In this document: positions 26,157 to 37,997 of the stretch, in pieces
Position numbering within the stretch: the first letter of the stretch is position 1
How the letters are laid out: each line of letters begins with the position of its first letter
Source of the DNA: Camelus ferus
Taxonomy: Eukaryota
Direction: 5' to 3'
NCBI RefSeq assembly: GCF_009834535.1
Contig: NC_045696.1
Span: forward strand, 115,074,001 to 115,138,000
Length of the DNA stretch: 64,000 nt
Notes under the pieces: model-generated
The model's input: the letters and a program-made list of their open reading frames with translations, nothing else
Databases searched by the model: none
Told to the model about the DNA's origin: nothing
Position numbers and translations under genes: made by a program

Positions 26157-26185
26157 CACACGCACACACACACACACACACGCAC
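26157..26185. repeat. (CA)n microsatellite
   Basis: cacacgcacacacacacacacacacgcac. Confidence 0.9.
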
Positions 26186-26829
26186 CTAATTTGAATTAAT
26201 CTAATATCTGGTACTGCTTTCCCACATCATTCACGTAAATGGAAGGAGATAATCCAAGGATCAAAAGGCTGGTAGTTAGAATCTCTTCTCTGAACAGCTT
26301 GGAAGTTTAAACCTGCTTAGAGACATGAGCCACCCTCAAGATCCATCAAACGGATCTCTTCCTCTACCTCCAGGAGTCAACATGAATCAAACTGCTGCTT
26401 CTGTCCAAACTGGCACTTGCTTTGGCTACACGTTTTCCCCTTTTATATATAAAACCAAATAAATAAGAGGTGGGAAAGCCTAGTAATTAGAGTGTCTTAA
26501 TATCTGGCGTCTTATTTGCTCAGCTTCTTGTCTATAGAAGACCCTACGCTGCATCTTGCGTAGAGTTTGAGTTTCAGCACACTCTCCCAGGCTTCGCAAA
26601 TGATAAGAAAAAATGTCTGTGTTTCTAAACCACTTGGCTTATTTGGTATTTTGCAGCGTGATTTCTGTGTTGCCTCATCACCCGACAAAATACTTAAAGA
26701 TGCGCATTGTCATATAGGGTCCTAAAAGTAAACTAAAACACCATGTCTAGGAGTAAGACAGAAAAAGAACCTAGATAAAATGTTAGTGGCCATAAAATAC
26801 AACGTTGGAAGTCCCGAATCTAGGCTCCA

Positions 26830-27053
26830 GCTAGCAATATCCAATGGAAATTTCTGTGAGGATGAAAGTGTTCTTTATTCCTGCTCTCCAATATGGTAGC
26901 CAGTGGCCCTATGTGGCTGTCGAGTACTTGAAATGTGACTCTTGCAAGTAGGAATTTGTAATTTAAAAAAAAAAAAGAAAAATTTTGAATTTACTTACGT
27001 TTAAATAGCCACATGTGACTGGTGGCTACCAGGTCATAGTGGGTGACATTGCT
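26830..27053. mobile_element. MER3-like hAT-Charlie element
   Basis: tccaatggaaatttctgtgaggatgaaagtgttc...tccaatatggtagccagtggccctatgtggct...aaatagccacatgtgactggtggctacc. Confidence 0.75.
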
Positions 27054-27224
27054 TTATCTAGACTCTTGGAGAGAGTTTTGTTGTTTTTTGAACTTCCGTT
27101 TCTCAAAGAAGAAATTATGATAATTATTAAAATTTCACCCTTAAGAGTGATTTTTCCAAGGAATGTCCTTTTTAATAATAAAGTGATAGAAGTAAAACAG
27201 GGTAGGACAGTGGCAACAACACTC

Positions 27225-27370
27225 ATAGACTCTCGTTGAACTCAGACCCACCTTCATCATTCCGATCTTGGGAGAAATTACTTAACGTCTCTGATACTCA
27301 GTTCCCTCATCTGTAAAATTTAGTAAATAATGCAAATGAAAATTAAACCCAGGTTAAATGAAGTAAACTA
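27225..27370 (+). mobile_element. MIR fragment
   Basis: tcttgggagaaattacttaacgtctctgatactcagttccctcatctgtaaaat. Confidence 0.65.
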
Positions 27371-28622
27371 GGAGAAACTAAAGACAAGAGAGGCTAAAAT
27401 GAACTGTTCAGGGATGAATTTCTCTGAAGTGGAAAGAGGGATTCAAACTCTTGTCTGTTGATCGCACGCATGCACTTTTCAAGTGCTGGACAAGGCTTGA
27501 TGAATGGAAAAGAAATCCCACTGCCTCTACTTTTGAATCATCTCTTATTCCCAGTCACTCTGAACACCCTGGAGAAACTTAAGTAATTCCTTGTGATAGA
27601 TTTACTTTTCACCTGATTGATTCCTTAAAAACCTTCCTCTCCACTGCTAACTGCCATCACCACGTGTGTGTTCATTTTAATTACAGCATGCAGGTCAAGC
27701 CTTATTTTTCCTTTTCAAATCGAGATGGCAGTCACAATTCATCATGTAAGAAAATAAAGAAAAAGTTCACAGAGGACAGTAATTGTGAACAATGGGCATG
27801 TGGTGTAAAAACTACTATTCTGTTTACTAAAACAGCCAAGTCAAATGCATTTTAATTTAGTCATAATCGTATCCGAATAGTTTCATTGTGGATGAAAAAA
27901 AATGCAGTAGTTTTAATTTGCCCTGTGACAGTGCTTGTTTCTCAACTGAAATAATTTACACCTTTATAAAATTCCTTAACTTTGGTTTCTGATGGGTTGA
28001 GATACTTCTAGCAAAAATTCCTTCACTGTCTAAACTTGAAATGAATGTCTACAGAACCTGACAGCATTCCTATTGAGGCTGAAGAATACTTGAATTTCTC
28101 ATTCTCAAATGACAATGCCACCGACATTGAGTGCAGTTCCAAAGTAAGTGATGATTAATTATCCCCCAGGGACCTGTTACCGCATTTTCCCCCATCCACT
28201 AGTTTGCTTTTCAAGACTCTTGAGATAAATAGCTCCCTGCAAACTATATCTCATATGGAGATATTCAAAAACTTCTTGACGGTGTCCAATTTCAGGAAGC
28301 CTAAAAAATGGGGAAGCCCGAGAAAAAATGCTTTTGTTATTTGATGTGCTGTCTAGGGAAGTTACATTTTGTTTGAATTATGACAGGGTACATGTATCTT
28401 TTATGTACTAGAACATACATGGACATGTCCTGAGTTTGTTCTCACATCTGTTTTACATAGCTTTAAAAAGAATGTGCTCTCTTTCTTGTAAGATTAAGCT
28501 GAAAATCGAAACATTTGGAAAGGCTATTTTATTATAGCATATGTAAGCTTTATGCTGAGTTCTGGAACTGTAATTGGTTTGCACAGTTATCGAAACATCT
28601 TGATTTTAAATAGCAGTGACTA

Positions 28623-28823
28623 CTATCTATAAAATAGATAAACAATAAGGACCTACTGTATAGCACAGAGAACTATATTCAATAGCTTGTAATAACCTTC
28701 AATGAAAAAGAATATGAGAAAGAATATATATATATATTATATATTTATATATATAACTGTATCACTATGATGTACTCCAGAAATTAACACATTATACATC
28801 AACTATACTTCATAAAATAAAAT
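28623..28823 (+). mobile_element. 5'-truncated young L1 3' tail
   Basis: aaatagataaacaataaggacctactgtatagcacagagaactatattcaa...aactatacttcataaaataaaata. TSD aaatagcagtgacta at 28608-28622 and 28824-28838, next to a TTTT/AAA endonuclease site. Confidence 0.9.
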
Positions 28824-28959
28824 AAATAGCAGTGACTAGTATCTATAGGAAAAAAAAAAAACACTGTCTAGACAGTTTTTTAGAAAACTGTTAAAAAATA
28901 AAAGTTGGGGAAGAAAGTGAAATGTTAAGGAAGACGGTTCTCGTGGACTCTCTTGGCCG

Positions 28960-29345
28960 GTCAGTTTCACGGTTTGGTGCATCCATTCTTTCTCCCTCGC
29001 ATTTGCTGGTTTGTTTCTAAGATGCCACCTGCATCTGTGACTCTCTTTGGAGGACAGGTCCTATGTACCTGGAGCTGCTCTGCTCACAAATACAGAGTGC
29101 TGGGGTACCTAAGGGGTTCATAGCCTACAAGGGGGCCCTTAGCAAGGACCTCCCACCATCTTGCCTTGAGGAGGGAAGACCTCTGACAGCATTAAAACTG
29201 CAGAGCTCCCTGCAGGATCAAGATTGCCTACATGCTCCCGCTTCCCTCCCCTCTCCCCCTTCCCCGTCCTGCTTCTCTGACTCCCTTCCTTGTTTCTCTT
29301 GGGAGCTCTTCCCAGTCAATCACTTGCAGACAAACCCTTGAAAAC
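28960..29345 (+). mobile_element. ERVL LTR16-like LTR
   Basis: ccctgcaggatcaagatt...ccttccccgtcctgcttc...gggagctcttcccagtcaatcacttgcagacaaaccc. Confidence 0.5.
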
Positions 29346-30579
29346 TTAACTTTGCTGACATCTGTGGCTTTCAAAGCATTTCCTAAACATGATATTATTA
29401 ATCTGCCCAACGGGCAGGTGAGCATTTTTATTCTAATAATAAAGGTGAGGAAACTCAGGCTCAGAGATTATGACTTGCTTGGGGCTCACACAGATAATGA
29501 GATGGTACGGCCAGGACAGTGTTCTACTGAGTATGTTTCCCCCTCTAGAGCAGAAAAAGCATCATCTGATGCAGTTGGCCCGTGTGAACCGCCCTGCTGT
29601 CACCCAAGCACCCAAGCAGTGGTTAGGCTGTGCCTGCTACACTTTATACACCGGGATGGATCCACTCGGAAAATAACCTTATTTTTCTGCAAGACTAGAT
29701 GCTGCTTCAAGTGTTTTGTATTGTTCATTTGAAGATATCTATTTTATAAACATTGCTATGATTCCGTGATTTCGGAGGGGCTTAGACCTTCTGCTTCAGG
29801 GATCTTAAGCAAATTAAAAAACAAGTCCTTTTGGAAGCAGTAACGGGAAATTCTTTCCCAAGCAGCGAGTCCATTTCCCCAGGGAAACAATGATTGGATT
29901 TATCAAAGAAATGACTCCATCGCCATGATTGAAGCTTGAAGACTTTCTTAACTCTCTACTATTGTTGGAAAAATTATTTAATATATACTGATTCCTTCAC
30001 AAGTATACACTCCTGGATGATATTGGAATGGCAATCTATATTTGACAATGGGTATCATTTTCATGAGCCATAAATTACATTTTTATTCACAATTTCTTTG
30101 CTTTTAAGGAAATGTATTGATTAAACATTTCTGTAGCCTGTGATTGCCTAGTGCATGACCTAGTTTAAGAAAGATATCTAGTCTCTTACAGAAGTTAAAA
30201 ATTATATTCCTTTCCTTTTGTGGAGAGAGAGGCATCATTTCTTAATTGTTTGTTTTCCTTTTAGCATTTATGAGACAGACATTAATTCCTTACGGTTGAT
30301 TTATTTTCTAAATCCACTCACGTTTCAATGTCTCTAAGGTAATAATAGTAACAGTTTTCTGTTGCTCCCAATTTTAAGTTGACAAGTAATCTGCTCTCTC
30401 TGTTCGGGTCACCACAGCCCCGTGAACTGCCAGCTCCCATTTCACCCCAATGAGGTCTTCCTGTTAAATAAAGCCACGGCTTTTCCACAATAGATTCATA
30501 ATGCGAGCATTTTGGAAAGAAAGGAAGAGGGCCTCAGTTAAGTTCCAACCACATTAGCTAGAAGTTTATAATTAAAAAT

Positions 30580-32805
30580 AGATAAACAAAAGGGAAAGAG
30601 AATAACTTGGTAATTTAAAAAAAAAAAAAAAACTCTCAACAAAGAAACATCCAGAACCAGATGGTTTCATTGGTGAATTTTACCAAATATTTTAAAAATG
30701 TGTGAACACCAATCCTTCTAAAACTCTTCAGGAAATTGAGGAGGGGAAGACACTTCCTAAGTCATTCTCTGAGGCCAGCACTGCCCTGATACCGAAAGCA
30801 GACAGACATCACAAGGAAACTGTAAACCAATAACTATTTTTAATATTGATGCAAAAATCATGAAGAAATTGCTAGCAAGTGGAATCCACTAGCCTATGAG
30901 TATTACACATCAGGATCACAGGGGCATTTATTCCAACAATGAAAGAACAATTCAACATACGGAATCAATCAATGTAATACAACACATTAATAGAATAAAA
31001 GGAAAAAAAATGTGATCATCTCAACTGAAGCAGAGAAATAATTTGAAAAAATCCAATACCCTTTCATGATTAAATACAAAAACAAAACACTCAAACGAGG
31101 GACAGACTCCAACTTCCTCAGCATGGTAAAGGCTATTTATGAAAAACCCACAGTTAATAGTGTACTTAGTGGTGAAGGACAAAGCTTTTCCCCTGTGATC
31201 AGGAATCAGACAAGGATGCTAATACTGGACATTCTAGAAAGCAATTAGGCAAGAAAAAGAATTAAAGGCATACAAATAGGAAATGAAGAAGTAAAACCTC
31301 TTCTGTTTGCAGATGGACATGATCTTAAATATGAAAAATCCTAAAGAATCTGAAAGACCTTACAAAACAAAACAAAACAAAACAATTAGAGGTAATAAAT
31401 GAATTACACAAAGTTGTAGGATACAGGATCAACATGCAAAAAATCAATTGTATTTCTGTAGACTAGTAACAAATGAATGATCTGAAAAAGGAAGTTAAAA
31501 ACAATTCCGTTTATAATAGCATTAAAATAATACCTAATAGTAAATTTAACCAAGGAGGTGCTTAACTTGTATAGTGAAAACTACAAAACATTGAAGCATC
31601 TCTTCAAGACATACTTCTGGGACAACTGGGGTACGGACTATGCAAAAAAAAAAAAAAAATGAATTGGACCCCTGTCTCACACCATATAGAAAAACTAATT
31701 TAAAATGGATCAAAGGCCTAAGTGAAAGTGATAAACTTTTAGTAAGAAAACGTAAGGGTGAATCTTCATGGAATTTGGCAATGAAACCTTAGGTAAGACT
31801 CCAAAAGAAAGAACCAAAGAAAACAAATAGATAAATTTTATAAAATTAACTTTATCAAAGTTTAAAAATGTATGCATCAAAGGACATTATCAAGAAGGTG
31901 GAAAGACAATCTACGGATCGGGAGAAAAATGTCTGCAAATCATATGTCTGGTGGGGATATAGTATCCAGAAAATATAAAGGAGTCCCACAACTTAAAAAG
32001 ACAACTCAACTGAAGAAGAGCCAATGGACTTGTTTTTCAGACATTTCTGTAAAGAAGACGTAAAAGTAGCTCAGAAGTATATTAAAATGTGTCAACAGCA
32101 TTAGTAATATTAGAGAAATGCAAATCAAAACCACAGTGAAGTGTCACTTTACACCCACTGGAATGGTGTGCTACTATACTAGTACTAAAAATGAAAAAAA
32201 AAAATGAAATAACAAGTGTTGGTGAGAATATAGAGAAATTAGAACACTCACGTATTGCTGGTAGAGAGGTAAAATGGTGCAGTCACGGTGGAAGATAATT
32301 TGCCAGTTACTGTAGGATCCAGAAATTCCACTCCTAGATATAGACTCAAAAGAATGGATAACGGGTGTTCAAAAAGCTTGTGCAAGAATGTTCATAGGAA
32401 TTTGCATTTTTAGTGGAAGCAATATAAGGAGAGTGAGGGCCAGCAGACCTCCCCCTTCCCACTCTTCCCTCCTAATAAACATGAGGCTGATGTTCCCGGG
32501 GTTAAAAACACACAAACACACACACAAAAGATCACATATCATATGATTCCATTTATACAAAATATCCAGAATAAGTAAACCCTTAGAGAGAGAAAGCAGA
32601 ATAGTGGCTGCCAAGGGCTAAGGGAGTAGACAGTGGGGAGTGACTATTTAATGGGTATTTGGTTTCCCTTTGGGGTGATGGAAATATTTTGGAACTAGAT
32701 GGAGGTGATGGTTGCACAACATTGTGAATGTACTAAATTTCACTGACTTGTGTACTTTAAAATAGTTAACTTTATGTTATGCAGATTTTATTCAATTAAA
32801 AAAAC
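30580..32805 (+). mobile_element. L1MB-like element, ORF2 through 3' UTR, decayed with internal deletions
   Basis: ccagaaccagatggtttcattggtgaattttaccaaatatt; gcatttattccaacaatgaaagaacaattcaacatac; aaatgcaaatcaaaaccacagtga; 3' UTR ggtgatggttgcacaacattgtgaatgtactaaat. Confidence 0.9.
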
Positions 32806-32814
32806 AAATAGTCT

Positions 32815-33402
32815 ACCACATGGAATTCAAAGATAGCCCCCAAGTTTCCTTGTGTGAGCCTCTCCCCTTGAGTGATAACAGAACCTGTGGATAGGATGAG
32901 ATACCACCCTTGAGGAGGTTACATTATGTGGCAAAGGTGAGGAGTTGTACAGATATAAAACCCCTAATTATGTAACTTTGAGTTAATCAAAAGGAGATTA
33001 TCTTGGGTGGGCCAGACCTAATCAGGTGACAGTTCTAAAAGATAAGCTGCTGTAGCAGATACTCTCCTGTGGCTTGTAGATGGAAGCTGCTGTGTTGTGA
33101 AGGAGGAGGCCATATGGAAAGGACCTGAGGAGGGCAGGGAGGAGCCGAGAGTGGTTCCTGATGTAGAGCTAGCAACAAAGCAGGGACTGCATTGTAGACA
33201 CTAAGTGCCTTCTATCCACAATCAGTGGGCTTGGAAGAGAACACTGAGCCAGGGACATGTCTCAGTTTCAGCCTAGGGAGGCCATGAGCAGAAGAACCAG
33301 CCAGCCTCTGCCTGGAGTCTGGACCGTGCAACTGTGAGATCATGATTTTGTGCTGTTTTTAGCTGCTTAGTTTGTGGTCACTGATCACACAGCGATAGGT
33401 AA
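32815..33402 (+). mobile_element. MLT1E/F-like LTR
   Basis: cctctccccttgagtg; ttgagttaatcaaaaggagattatcttgggtgggccagacctaatcagg; aactgtgagatcatg...tttagctgcttagtttgtgg. Confidence 0.75.
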
Positions 33403-34579
33403 GGAAGCTGGGCAGGAGTGGAGTTCTCTAGGACCCTCTGACTCTGGGAAAAACACCCGAGGGCTAGGGAAATTAGGGACATCTACCAGACTTGATTTAA
33501 AAACAACAATAACCACACAGCAGGTCACAGTGTTTGCATCCAAATGCCAAGCAGGCTTTGCTACAAAGCCATTGCTCTAAATCTACTGGAGTGGAGGACC
33601 ACAGACTCCAAGATTGTTCAAATATGTGTCTTAGGTTTGTCTGCTGGTCTTTGGAGCTAACTACTAGCTTGTGTCTTCAATATTAATATGCACAGTCTTT
33701 AGTTGTTGTGAAAAAGCTATTTTCTATTGGCCACCAGAGGAAAATGTTCTGTACTCTTGTTGTTTTATATATGTTTGCCAGGTAGCTGGAGTCAGAATTT
33801 CGTCCCCCCAATTCACTGTGTGCTTGTCACCTGGGGGTGCCTTGTTCCCTGCTCTGCTTTTCCCCAACCAGGAGACATCCCGACCTTCCTTTTCCATGGA
33901 AATAATGCAATTATTTGGGCTTATCTCTCCTGCTTCAGGAGCCAAGGGAAGGAATTTTTTAAATTTCCTTCAGTTTGTTTTCACCCTGGGTGACATCAAG
34001 AGGGTATTGTCTCCCTCCCTGTCAATTATTTTCAGACCCAGCTTTCCTTGTGACACAGCTACTGGTCCAGCAAAGTAGAACATATGCTCACGGCCACGTG
34101 CTCCGCCCTCCGCCAAGTGTCTGGCAGTGGCCACTAATAAAACCATCTGTTACCAGGGTGAGGCCATCGCCTGCCACTGCTGTAATTTGGGGAGGCACAG
34201 ATTTTCCAGGCTTCTCTTTTATTAGAAGGCCAGTGGGGCCCCCGAGTTCTCCAGCAACTGCGTACCTAATTACATGACTTTGCTGGTTTTTCCATTCACG
34301 CTGACTGATCTCAGAGCAGGCCAATACTGTAGTTAAATCACCAGACCTGCAGGGTGAGCTGAGGACAAGTAGGGCTGGAACACTCAGACGTAAGCATTGG
34401 ATTCATTATTTCCTTTACATGTTTTCAGTGTGTTTGAATGAAGGGTCCTAAATGAATCGTTGGATATGGTACTCAACACACAGTGGATACTGACTGTGCG
34501 AGTAGGGACTAGCAAACAGCCTTGGTCAAAAAAAAGGAAGAGGACAGAATGGATATGGGATTTTTCAACATCCCATAAT

Positions 34580-34760
34580 CATTATTTCACGTCACTGTCA
34601 TAACAACATTATGTGCTATGTGACAGTAATTCACAGTCTTCAGATAAGCTCAGAGAGGTTGACCGTGGTACATGAGATCACACAGGAGTGGTGAGGAGCA
34701 GAACTGGGACTCAAATCCAGGCTTCTTTTATCCCGAGCCCTTTGCCTTTTCTATTATACC
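34580..34760 (-). mobile_element. MIR
   Basis: gctcagagaggttgac...gatcacacagg...ggagcagaactgggactcaaatccagg. Confidence 0.6.
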
Positions 34761-35342
34761 TCCAGAATGAGCGGCAGCGGCTTCAAAGGTTATCACTCTT
34801 TGTTATCATTCACCTTGCGTTATTTCTCCCTTCCGTCCTCATCAACCAGACTCAGGGTTCTGAGAGAGAAAAGATAAGGAAAATGTTTTCCTCCAGTTGG
34901 TAAGGCTTCCGCTCTGCATCCCGGGTGCTCCCTCGATGTGGTGGTCTGAGCCAGACCTCCATGTTGTCCTTCCTTTCAACTTGATCCAAAACCCCTCTCA
35001 AGCCACTCTCTGTTTTCTGTCCTCCGAGTGACAGACTGACACTTCTAGCTCTCAAGACAGAGATGACTCAGAGCCCAGAAACCCTCAGAAAGGTCCAGAG
35101 GTTCCCAATGTTCTAAGCCCCCCATCCATTTCTCCTTTTAAGTTAAGTTCTCTTTAGTTGAAAACTTCCCATTTCTTCCCACTCCCTTCTCCTCCCCTTA
35201 GTCCTACGCCCCTCATCTGCCCAGTTGTATCAGGTGACAGAAAACGAGAAGGTGGAGATAGAATGTCTTCCTGTCACCCAAAGAAACACGTTCACCCATG
35301 TACGCTTTCCATGATTTTTCTTGGTTATACTGTCAGCAGCAG

Positions 35343-35382
<40 letters not shown>
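35343..35382. repeat. (TGTC)10 microsatellite
   Basis: Perfect tetranucleotide run. Confidence 0.95.
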
Positions 35383-35384
<2 letters not shown>

Positions 35385-35984
35385 ATAATCCCAGTCATTC
35401 TTCATTTCCCCTCTCCACATCTTCTTCCATGTTGGGTCTCCAACTTCTTATTTTCTAGGACTTTTCGTCTTTAGAGGCAGAAGCGATGTGTGGTAGGGGG
35501 AGCAGCCAATAAAGCTTACATAATTTTCATCACCGATTTTACTCCATCTGGACGAGATAGTACAGAGAAATGGATATGCCACTTCCCCTGTGACAATTTT
35601 GCTGATAAAAAGAAGATCTAGAAATCTACAGCTTGTCCTGACAATGCTTCCATGACCTCCTCATAATCGCTGGCAGCTCTTTGTGGGTTTCAGCATTCTG
35701 GTCAAGCTGTTTTTAAGCTTCCCACGGGACGTCGTGTTTATTTTATGATACGTCTGTCTTTCACTTAGGCGGTGCGCTCCATGAACCCAGAATGATTTGA
35801 AAAACATTTCTAAAATCCAGCATCTCCCATCTCTTCACAACTTGACTTGTGCAAAAACCTCACCACGTCCTGTAATTTCCGGGGGCCTGTTTCTTTATCT
35901 GAAGGAGATCGGCCTGATGAAATGGTTTGTACTTTGCAGAGAGATCTTTCTCTGGCAGTATGCCTCCCGTTTTCACACGTGCAC

Positions 35985-36112
35985 ACATCACCAGGCTGTC
36001 TTGTCAAAAGGCAGAATCCAGTTCGCTCCAGCTAAGAAGGGCCCTGGAATCTGCATTTTCACGAGTATTTTGGTGAGGTTGATGCTGCTCATCTGATGCT
36101 CACACTTGGATT
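35985..36112. mobile_element. MER5A-like fragment
   Basis: gggccctggaatctgcattttcacgag...gatgctgctcatctgatgctcacacttgga. Confidence 0.55.
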
Positions 36113-36179
36113 CCACGTTCCCTCCTGTGAAATGGGTTGTCGCGAGCCTTCACCACGCAAATGGGAAGAGGTGTGTGGT

Positions 36180-36390
36180 TTATAACATTTTCTTACAAGT
36201 ACCTCATTGGATTCTTCTCACAGACTGTGGAATAAGCAGGGCATTTATTACTTTCACCGTTTAATAAATGAGGAACCCAAAGCAAGGAGCGCTTCGGTGG
36301 CCTGTCATGTATCGTTAGTAGCAGAGACAATGCATAAACTTGTACCTTTGGCTTTTCATCAGATCTGCTTTCTGCTATATCACATCGGCC
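36180..36390 (-). mobile_element. MIR
   Basis: gcatttattactttcaccgtttaataaatgaggaacccaaagc. Confidence 0.5.
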
Positions 36391-36945
36391 TTTAATCCTA
36401 TAGAGGGATTTTGACCTTTAGAATATTATACAAATTATCCCATTTAGAAGCCACAGTGGCTCTTTGTTCAGAAGACTTATACTAAAGTGAACCATCCCAC
36501 TCACAGAAAAGTGAGTGTAAGATGTTATTTGAATTATGCAAACACATCTTCCTGGGGGAAGGCTCACAGCTTGAATCAGATTCTCAAAAACGTCCGGGAC
36601 CAACCAAACAGTTTGAGTGCTGGTCAGAGATTTGTTAAAATGTACAAAGCAAGGAGAATTGAGATTTTTCTTTTTAAGACAAAGGGAACAACTGTTTGGC
36701 GCCAAACGGCTGTATGTTTCTGATAAAAGCTTGTCTTTTCCTCTAAAGAATCTAGATCCTAGGTTTTGCTTTTGGGGAGGTGAGGGGTCCACCTTTGAAA
36801 AGTGAACAGGATGAGAATGTTTAAGAGGGGACGTGGGTCTTTGGCTGTGTGTGCATAATTCTGCACCTGTGTTCTCGCACCTGCCTTGGTCCCCACCACT
36901 CCCAGGGGCTGAGAAGGTCCTTAGCAGTTGAGAGATCTTCTAGAC

Positions 36946-37137
36946 CAGGGATTGGCAGGCTCTTTCTGTAAAAAGCCATCTAGTGAATATTTTAGGCTTC
37001 GCATGCCAGCTGGTGTTGGTACAAGTATTCAACAGAGCCATCACAGCCTGGAAGCAGCCAGCAAAACAGGTGTGGCTGTGTTCTATGTTCAGAGAACTGG
37101 CCAGATCTGGCCAGAGGCCTGAAATATACTGACCCCT
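36946..37137. mobile_element. MER58A-like hAT-Charlie element
   Basis: cagggattggcaggctctttctgtaaaaagccatctagtgaatattttaggctt...ggccagatctggcc...ctgacccct. Confidence 0.7.
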
Positions 37138-37229
37138 CCCCTCTTTACCAAGGTTTGCGAAGACAGTTGTTGACTTACCTGGAGGCAGAAAGTGAGTGTC
37201 ATGACTTTATAAATCTTCATGTTTATCTG

Positions 37230-37997
37230 TTTTTTTTTAAATACATTTTTTTATTGAACTATAGTCAGTTTACAATGTTGTGTTAGTTTCTGGTGTACAG
37301 CATAATGCTTCAGTCACATCGGAACATACACACATTCGTTCTCAGATTCTTCTTCACCATAGGTTACTACAAGATATTGAATATCGTTCCCTGAGCTATA
37401 CAGTAGAAACTTGTTGTTTATCTATTTTATATATGTTAGTTAGTGTCTACAAATCTCGAATTCCCAATTTATCCCTTCCCACCTACTCCTGCCCCTAGTA
37501 ATCATAGTTTGTATTCTATGTCTGTGAGTCTGTTTCTGTTTTGTAAATAAGTTTTTTGTTTTTGTTATGTTTGTTTGTTTTAGATTCCACATATAAGTGG
37601 TATCATATGGTATTTTTCTCTCTCTTTCTGGCTTAACTTCACTTAGAATGACATTTTTCAGATTCATCCATCTTGCTGCAAATGGCATTATTTTATCATT
37701 TTTATGGCTGAGTAGTATTCCATCATATAAATATACCACCACTTCTTTATCCAGTCATCTGTCGATGGACATTTAGGCTGTTTCCACGTCTTGGCTATTG
37801 TAAATAGTGCTGCTGTGAACATTGGGGTGCAGGTGTCTTTTTGAATGAAGGTTCCCTCTGAATATATGCCCAGGAGTGGGATCGCTGGATATGGTAAGTC
37901 TGTTTTTAGTTTTCTGAGGAACCTCCATACTGTCTTCCATAATGGCTGCACCAAACTGCATCCCCCCCAGCAGTGCAGGAGGGCTCCCTTATCTTCC
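37230..37997 (-). mobile_element. 5'-truncated young L1 (ORF2 C-terminus, 3' UTR, poly-A)
   Basis: ORF 37688-38011 gives [24 protein letters not shown]...CTPMFTAALFTIAKTWKQPKCPSTDDWIKKWWYIY. Poly-T at the left end. Confidence 0.95.

Noticed and set aside
29232..29732. Longest ORF (166 aa)
   Set aside because: It spans an LTR16-like piece and a MIR, and shows no recognisable domain.
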